NCBI GenBank assembly: GCA_965227295.1
Contig: OZ245742.1
Location: 4,608,001-4,672,000 of the forward strand
Length of the DNA stretch: 64,000 bases
Reading direction: 5' to 3'
Origin: Leptonemataceae bacterium
GTDB taxonomy: Bacteria; Spirochaetota; Leptospiria; Leptospirales; Leptonemataceae
Shown: piece by piece, positions 59,347-64,000 of the stretch
How positions within the stretch are numbered: position 1 is the first letter of the stretch
Layout: each line of letters opens with the position of its first letter
Notes under the pieces: model-generated
The model's database searches: none
What the model was told of the DNA's origin: nothing
Seen by the model: the letters and a program-made list of their open reading frames with translations, nothing else
Made by a program: the position numbers and the translations under genes

Positions 59347-62300
59347 TCAAGATCTTTTCAGGATTTCCCGCGGCTTGTTCCCCACCGCCGGCCCGAGCAG
59401 GCCCTTGCGTTCCATTTCTTCGATAATGCTCGCCGCCCGGTTGTAGCCGATGCGCAGTCGCCGCTGGATGTACGAGGTCGAGGTCTTGCCGGACTCCAGG
59501 ACGATCTTCCACGCCTGCTGGAACAGCTCCGCATCCACGCTCTCATCCGACCCGTCGTCATCGAGATCGTCGAAGTCGTCGAGGTCCACGTAGACCGGCT
59601 CCCCGAAACGCGCTGATTCCAGGACGATATCCTCGATCTCGGCCTCGGTAATGAGCGGGGCCTGAATGCGCGTGAGCGAGGTGGCGCTGGGCGAACGATA
59701 CAGCATGTCGCCCTTGCCGAGCAGGGTTTCCGCGCCGTTCATATCCAGGATCGTGCGCGAGTCGGTCTTCTGCGCGACGTGAAAGGCGATGCGCGCCGGG
59801 CAGTTGGCCTTGATGAGCGCGGTAATGACATCTACAGACGGACGCTGAGTGGCCATGACCACGTGGATGCCCACGGCGCGGGCCTTCTGCGTGAGGCGAA
59901 TGATCGAATCTTCCACGTCCTTGGCGGCCACCATCATCAGGTCGGAGAGCTCGTCGATGAACACGACCAGGTACGGCATCTTCGTCGCCGCGCCGTTCGC
60001 TTCTCCCATTCCCGGCAGGCGCGCCTGGGAGGCCATACGTTCGTTGTACGATCGAATATCGCGACACTTATGATGTGAAAGAATGGCGTACCGTTTTTCC
60101 ATCTCCCCCACGACCCAGGAGAGCGCCTTCGAGGCCTGACGCACGTCGGTGATGACCGGCATGATCAAATGCGGAATGCCCTCGTAGAGTTTCAGCTCCA
60201 CCATCTTCGGATCAATCATCAGAAAACGAACGTCTTCCGGCGAACGCGTGTACAACAGCGACGCGATGATGGAGTTCATGTAGACGGACTTACCGGCACC
60301 CGTCGCCCCGGCGATGAGCAGGTGCGGGAGACGCGTAAGATCGACGTACTGCTTTTCGCCGGCGATGTTTTTGCCGAGGACGACGCACAGATCTTTGCGC
60401 ATCATGACATCGCGGTCGAGCATGTCGCCGAGCACGACGCCCTCGCGGTTCCGGTTGGGGATCTCGATCCCCACGGTCGGCTTGCCGGGAATCGGAGCGA
60501 TGATCCGCACGGACGCCGCCTCTAAGTTCATCTTAATTTCATCGGAGATGCTCAGGATGCGATTCACGCGCACGCCCGGTTCCAGTTTCACTTCGTAGAG
60601 CGTAATGATCGGGCCGCGCTGGGTGCTCACAACCCGCGCCTGGATACCGTAGTCCTGCATGACCTTTTCCAGACGCTCGCGGGTCTGTTCGATCTCCCGA
60701 CTGACATCTTGCGGCAGCGGTCGCTCCGGTTTGCTCAACACGTTCATGGGCAGATGATAACGTTTCGCCTTCATGCGAAACTCGGGCACGCCCGACGTGG
60801 GCGGACGTTTCGCTTTACGGGGCGCGGGCGCCGCCGCGGCGACGGGTCCTTCGTCTTCGAAGTCGTCGTCGGATTCGGCGTCCTCGAATGCGTCGGCGAC
60901 GCCGGCATCGTCGTCCGTTTCGTCGCCTGCCTCGGCGTTGTCCATCTCCACGGAAACATCCGCAGCTTCCGACGCTTCGATGGTATCGTCTTCCGCATCA
61001 AAAGCGTCTTCTACCGGGAGAATCTCCGCCGGGGGCGCTTCGTTAGCTTCCAGGGAATCATAGTTAGAATTCGGCCTGGTTTCGAAGGCGGCCTCGGTGA
61101 TCTCGTCGCGATTCAACTCGACGCGTTCCGGCAGCTTGCGTTCCGCGACCCGGCGCTCCCGGCGTTCCAGCAGGTTCAGATCCATGGAACGCATCAGCGA
61201 TACGTCGTGTTCACGGCCCTCGTCACGATTGCGCAGGAACGAGGCGGCCTCCCGGCGCGGTCGGCGCGGCTCGGGAACCGTCGTGCGAAAATGAAAGCGG
61301 CTTTCGTCGTCGTTAAAGAATCCGCGCAGGGATTCGTCGTCCCCACGGCGCATCCGGGCGGCCGGGGCGGCCTCACGACGATGGTAGGAACTCTTACGCG
61401 ATTCGCTGGAATCTCGCGCGTCCGATTTCGGATGCCCGGCCGGGCGCACGCTCCGCGGTTCGTTCTGCCCCAGCAGGCGTTCCAGATTTTCTTCAAGACT
61501 GCGCGCGTTGCGGGAAACGGCCAGACGCTTTTGATCCACCCGGCCCCGCGCCTCGCGGACTCCACGGGGATCCAGGCCGTCGAATTCGTCGTCGAAGTCC
61601 GCGTCCTCGTAAGACTCCGACCAATCATCCACAACGTAGGACTCCTCGTCGTCGGTGGCTGCGCTTTGTTTGACTGATTCCACGGCTTCCGGGTCCGGCA
61701 GGATCACCCGCTGAACCCAGGGTCGCCGCTGCCCGCTTTCCAACCGCACCAGTTCCGGTTTCGCCGGAGTCGCCGCAGCATTTGTAGGAACTCTTACATT
61801 TTCCGATTCGGGCGCGGCGGCCGGAGCCGGAGTCCCCGAACCAGCGGGGTTGCCCTGCGCCGCGGCGGCCCAGGCCGAACGAAAGCCGTAGGCCCCGTCG
61901 CCGCTGAGCGCGTCGGAGTAGTTGCGCAGGCTTTGCATGATACGCATCTGCAACTGCGCGAGAAAAATCGGAATCGGAATGCGGATCGCCAGGAAGAGAC
62001 CCGCCGTAAAGATCGCGAACGAAACCAGAAAACCGCCATAGTAACCGAACAGAAACTGGAAGCCCCGCCCCAGGCGCGAGCCGATGATACCGCCGGCCGC
62101 TTCAGAAGGTCGGCCGTCCAGATGATACAGAAACGCGCCGACGAGCGAGGTGCCGGCCATGACCACGAGCACCGCCACGATGCGCGACAGCGGGTCGGTA
62201 AAACCGCCGCGGTAAAAGGTAAGGCAGCCGAGCAGGAACAGGTACGGCCCCAGCAGGAACGCCGATTTCCCGAACAGAAAGAAGAGCAACTCGGAGGCGT

Positions 62301-62487
62301 AGTGACCGACCGTGCCGATCAGATTGGCCTCGGGCAGCGGCGCCTCCCCGGCCTGGAGCTGGGCCTGGAACGACGCCAGGGCCAGGAAGACCAGCACGCC
62401 GACGAGAATCAAGATCGTACCGAAGAGCTCGGTGAGACCGGACTTTTTCGGGAGATTCGGGGACGGATTGACTGCGGGTTCCTCCAT
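59347..62487 (-). CDS. ftsK: DNA translocase FtsK
   Basis: N-terminal TM domain, PHLLIAGATGAGKS, IDPKMVEL, ATQRPSVDVIT, gamma domain IQRRLRIGYNRAA. Confidence 0.97.
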   Translation of the reverse strand: MEEPAVNPSPNLPKKSGLTELFGTILILVGVLVFLALASFQAQLQAGEAPLPEANLIGTVGHYASELLFFLFGKSAFLLGPYLFLLGCLTFYRGGFTDPLSRIVAVLVVMAGTSLVGAFLYHLDGRPSEAAGGIIGSRLGRGFQFLFGYYGGFLVSFAIFTAGLFLAIRIPIPIFLAQLQMRIMQSLRNYSDALSGDGAYGFRSAWAAAAQGNPAGSGTPAPAAAPESENVRVPTNAAATPAKPELVRLESGQRRPWVQRVILPDPEAVESVKQSAATDDEESYVVDDWSESYEDADFDDEFDGLDPRGVREARGRVDQKRLAVSRNARSLEENLERLLGQNEPRSVRPAGHPKSDARDSSESRKSSYHRREAAPAARMRRGDDESLRGFFNDDESRFHFRTTVPEPRRPRREAASFLRNRDEGREHDVSLMRSMDLNLLERRERRVAERKLPERVELNRDEITEAAFETRPNSNYDSLEANEAPPAEILPVEDAFDAEDDTIEASEAADVSVEMDNAEAGDETDDDAGVADAFEDAESDDDFEDEGPVAAAAPAPRKAKRPPTSGVPEFRMKAKRYHLPMNVLSKPERPLPQDVSREIEQTRERLEKVMQDYGIQARVVSTQRGPIITLYEVKLEPGVRVNRILSISDEIKMNLEAASVRIIAPIPGKPTVGIEIPNRNREGVVLGDMLDRDVMMRKDLCVVLGKNIAGEKQYVDLTRLPHLLIAGATGAGKSVYMNSIIASLLYTRSPEDVRFLMIDPKMVELKLYEGIPHLIMPVITDVRQASKALSWVVGEMEKRYAILSHHKCRDIRSYNERMASQARLPGMGEANGAATKMPYLVVFIDELSDLMMVAAKDVEDSIIRLTQKARAVGIHVVMATQRPSVDVITALIKANCPARIAFHVAQKTDSRTILDMNGAETLLGKGDMLYRSPSATSLTRIQAPLITEAEIEDIVLESARFGEPVYVDLDDFDDLDDDGSDESVDAELFQQAWKIVLESGKTSTSYIQRRLRIGYNRAASIIEEMERKGLLGPAVGNKPREILKRS

Positions 62488-62552
62488 ACCCGTAGATTAT
62501 CGGAGGTTGCGCTCAATCGCTTCGGTAGAAAACCGGCGGCGATCGAAGCGTT

Positions 62553-62672
62553 TTCACCGCGGAGGCGCAAAGGACACGGCCGTCGCGCTTCTACCAGTCT
62601 TTAGCCTCGGTGACCTCGGAGTCCCGGTGGTTCATTCACTCTTCTTCTCTCGGCGCCTCGGTCCTCGGAGTC
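62553..62672. repeat. Degenerate 9-nt-periodic palindromic intergenic repeat
   Basis: TTCACCGCGGAGGCGCAAAGGACACGG facing CCTCGGTGACCTCGGAGTCCCGGTGGTT, plus a third arm CTCTCGGCGCCTCGGTCCTCGGAGTC. Confidence 0.55.
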
Positions 62673-62681
62673 ATCTTCCTC

Positions 62682-63137
62682 TCAAGCAATCCCCGTAGAC
62701 CCGAAACCACCCGTCCCGCGCTCGCTGCCTTCCAATTCGGTGAGGCTCTCGACTTCCTCCCACTCGAAGTCGAGCCGCCGTTCCAGCAGCATCTGCGCAA
62801 TGCGATCCCCGTGCCGAATCCGCACCGGATCCCGGCCCAGGTTCATGACGATCACCCGCAGTTCGCCGCGGTAGTCCGAGTCGATGGTACCGGGGGCGTT
62901 CGGCAGGGTGAGTCCCTCTTTCAACGCCAGGCCGGAGCGCGGGCGGAGGGAGATGAAGTACTCGTCGGGAATTTCGAAGGTGAGCCCGGTGGGGATCGTC
63001 GCCCGTTCGCCAGGGGGAACGATCACGTAAATGTCGGGTTCGAGGCAGGCACAAACGTCCAGCGCGGCCGAACCGGGAGTGGAACGCTCCGGGAGTTTCG
63101 CCCCCGGAGCACGATGGATTTTGACGCGGGGATTCAC
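62682..63137 (-). CDS. dut: dUTP diphosphatase
   Basis: SAALD, RPRSGLA, GTIDSDYRGE, DRIAQ, RGTGGFGSTG. Confidence 0.97.
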   Translation of the reverse strand: MNPRVKIHRAPGAKLPERSTPGSAALDVCACLEPDIYVIVPPGERATIPTGLTFEIPDEYFISLRPRSGLALKEGLTLPNAPGTIDSDYRGELRVIVMNLGRDPVRIRHGDRIAQMLLERRLDFEWEEVESLTELEGSERGTGGFGSTGIA

Positions 63138-63253
63138 AAAGACAGCTCACACTGTCGAAGCAGCGGACGCAAGAGTCTTTTTCGATGCTGAAATACGCTC
63201 GCGCACTCCCCGGACCATGAGGTAAGTGACGGTCAGTTTAGATTAAGAAGAAT

Positions 63254-63468
63254 ATGGTTACGGCTGGTTCGAGGGGCAAGGCCACGCTTGTCGTGGCCGC
63301 GACAGTTATTCCCCTCGCACGGAGGTCAGGCCGGGGAGCGTGTTCAGGCGCACCGGAACGGCGTCTTCGTCGCAAGAGTCGCCGGAACGGAGTCGCACCA
63401 GGCGCGTCCGGGTCGAAACGAGCGTTCTTTGCAAAACGAAATTCCACAACTCCGAAGAGCCGTAGCAT
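63254..63468. repeat. Structured MITE-like/ncRNA-like intergenic element (copy B)
   Basis: Imperfect terminal inverted repeat ATGGTTACGGCTGGTTCG / CGAAGAGCCGTAGCAT; inner CGAGGGG/CCCCTCG and GGCCACG-CTTGT-CGTGGCC stems. Confidence 0.7.
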
Positions 63469-63576
63469 AACAATCCACTTCAGAAAACCGCGGTTTACTT
63501 CCTGATTCTCACGGCGGCGTCCTGACGACGACAGGGTCCCGAAAGACCCTGCCGTTCGACCGTTCACCGCGCATGA

Positions 63577-64000
63577 TCAGCGCCGCGGGCCGCCGCGACC
63601 GCGGCCGCCGTCGCGACCCCCGCCGCCGCGCCGGGCGCCGTCACGGCCGCCGCGACCACCACGGTCGCCGCCACGATCCCCGCGGCCGTTGCTGCCGCCG
63701 GCGGGAATCTTGCCGTGCAGGTCCTTGTGGATGAGGTCCACGCGGCCCTGACGATCCACGCCGAGGACGACCACGGGCACGATGTCGCCTTCTTTATAGA
63801 GGTCTTCCACCGAACGCACGCGCTCTTCGGACATCTTCGAGATGTGCAGCAGGCCTTCTTTGCCCGGAAACAACTCAATGAACGCGCCGAATTCCGCGAT
63901 GCGTTTGACCACGCCCTCGTAGGTATCGCCTTCCGTCAGATCGCGGAAGATGTTCAGGATCATGTCCTCCGCGGCCTGGTTCGCTTCAGCCGACGGCGAA
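63577..64000 (-). CDS. pnp: Polyribonucleotide nucleotidyltransferase, 3' part (S1 domain; gene runs off the window)
   Basis: YEGVVKRIAEFGAFIELFPGKEGLLHISK S1 domain; RGG-rich tail; upstream of dut. Confidence 0.9.
   Translation of the reverse strand, partial: SPSAEANQAAEDMILNIFRDLTEGDTYEGVVKRIAEFGAFIELFPGKEGLLHISKMSEERVRSVEDLYKEGDIVPVVVLGVDRQGRVDLIHKDLHGKIPAGGSNGRGDRGGDRGGRGGRDGARRGGGGRDGGRGRGGPRR

Noticed and set aside
31239..63137. dcd and dut as a linked nucleotide-modification or anti-phage system
   Set aside because: They are 31 kb apart, and each is an ordinary housekeeping gene in an ordinary context
63532..63551. Hairpin CAGGGTC/GACCCTG after pnp as an intrinsic terminator
   Set aside because: No U-tract on the minus strand; may only be a stabilising stem
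63238..63567. ORFs of 60-109 aa between pnp and dut; also considered 6S RNA, RNase P RNA, tmRNA and attC
   Set aside because: No coding signal; no GAGGAAAGTCC or tRNA-like ends; attC core sites are not in the right order; the multibranch fold does not fit a 6S rod, though only a CM search can exclude it

Overview
A GC-rich, gene-dense chromosomal segment, most likely from a Leptospiraceae-type spirochaete (inferred from Leptospira-style FliH, a TRL lipoprotein, SpoIIE sensor phosphatases and the pnp-dut-ftsK-lolA-rodZ-rimO-pgsA-trpD-yajC-secDF order). The core consists of sucA, sucB, lpdA, rsmE, three tRNAs (Leu-CAA, initiator Met, elongator Met), ppa, fliH, dcd, cysE, hfq, cysQ, uvrD/pcrA, ribD and the long minus-strand pnp to secF block. 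The strongest candidate for an undescribed system is a four-gene, translationally coupled cassette lying antisense between sucA and sucB. It encodes an octaheme Otr-type cytochrome c, two half-size YeeE/YedE proteins and a di-heme cytochrome b. One YeeE protein is fused to a Cys-less rhodanese domain that ends in a SoxY-like GGC arm. Second, two ~200-nt intergenic structured elements 33 kb apart (about 30.2 kb and 63.3 kb) share a hairpin with two compensatory base-pair changes. Other points: an Lnb/DUF4105-like gene coupled to a lipoprotein, tandem Cache-SpoIIE-TPR paralogs, an AraC/M24/two strictosidine-synthase-like operon, a nucleotidyltransferase pair that may be a toxin-antitoxin module, a divergent Hfq, several probable leaderless genes and possible CTG starts. 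No CRISPR array, rRNA, transposase or prophage was seen. All calls come from reading motifs by eye; no searches were run.
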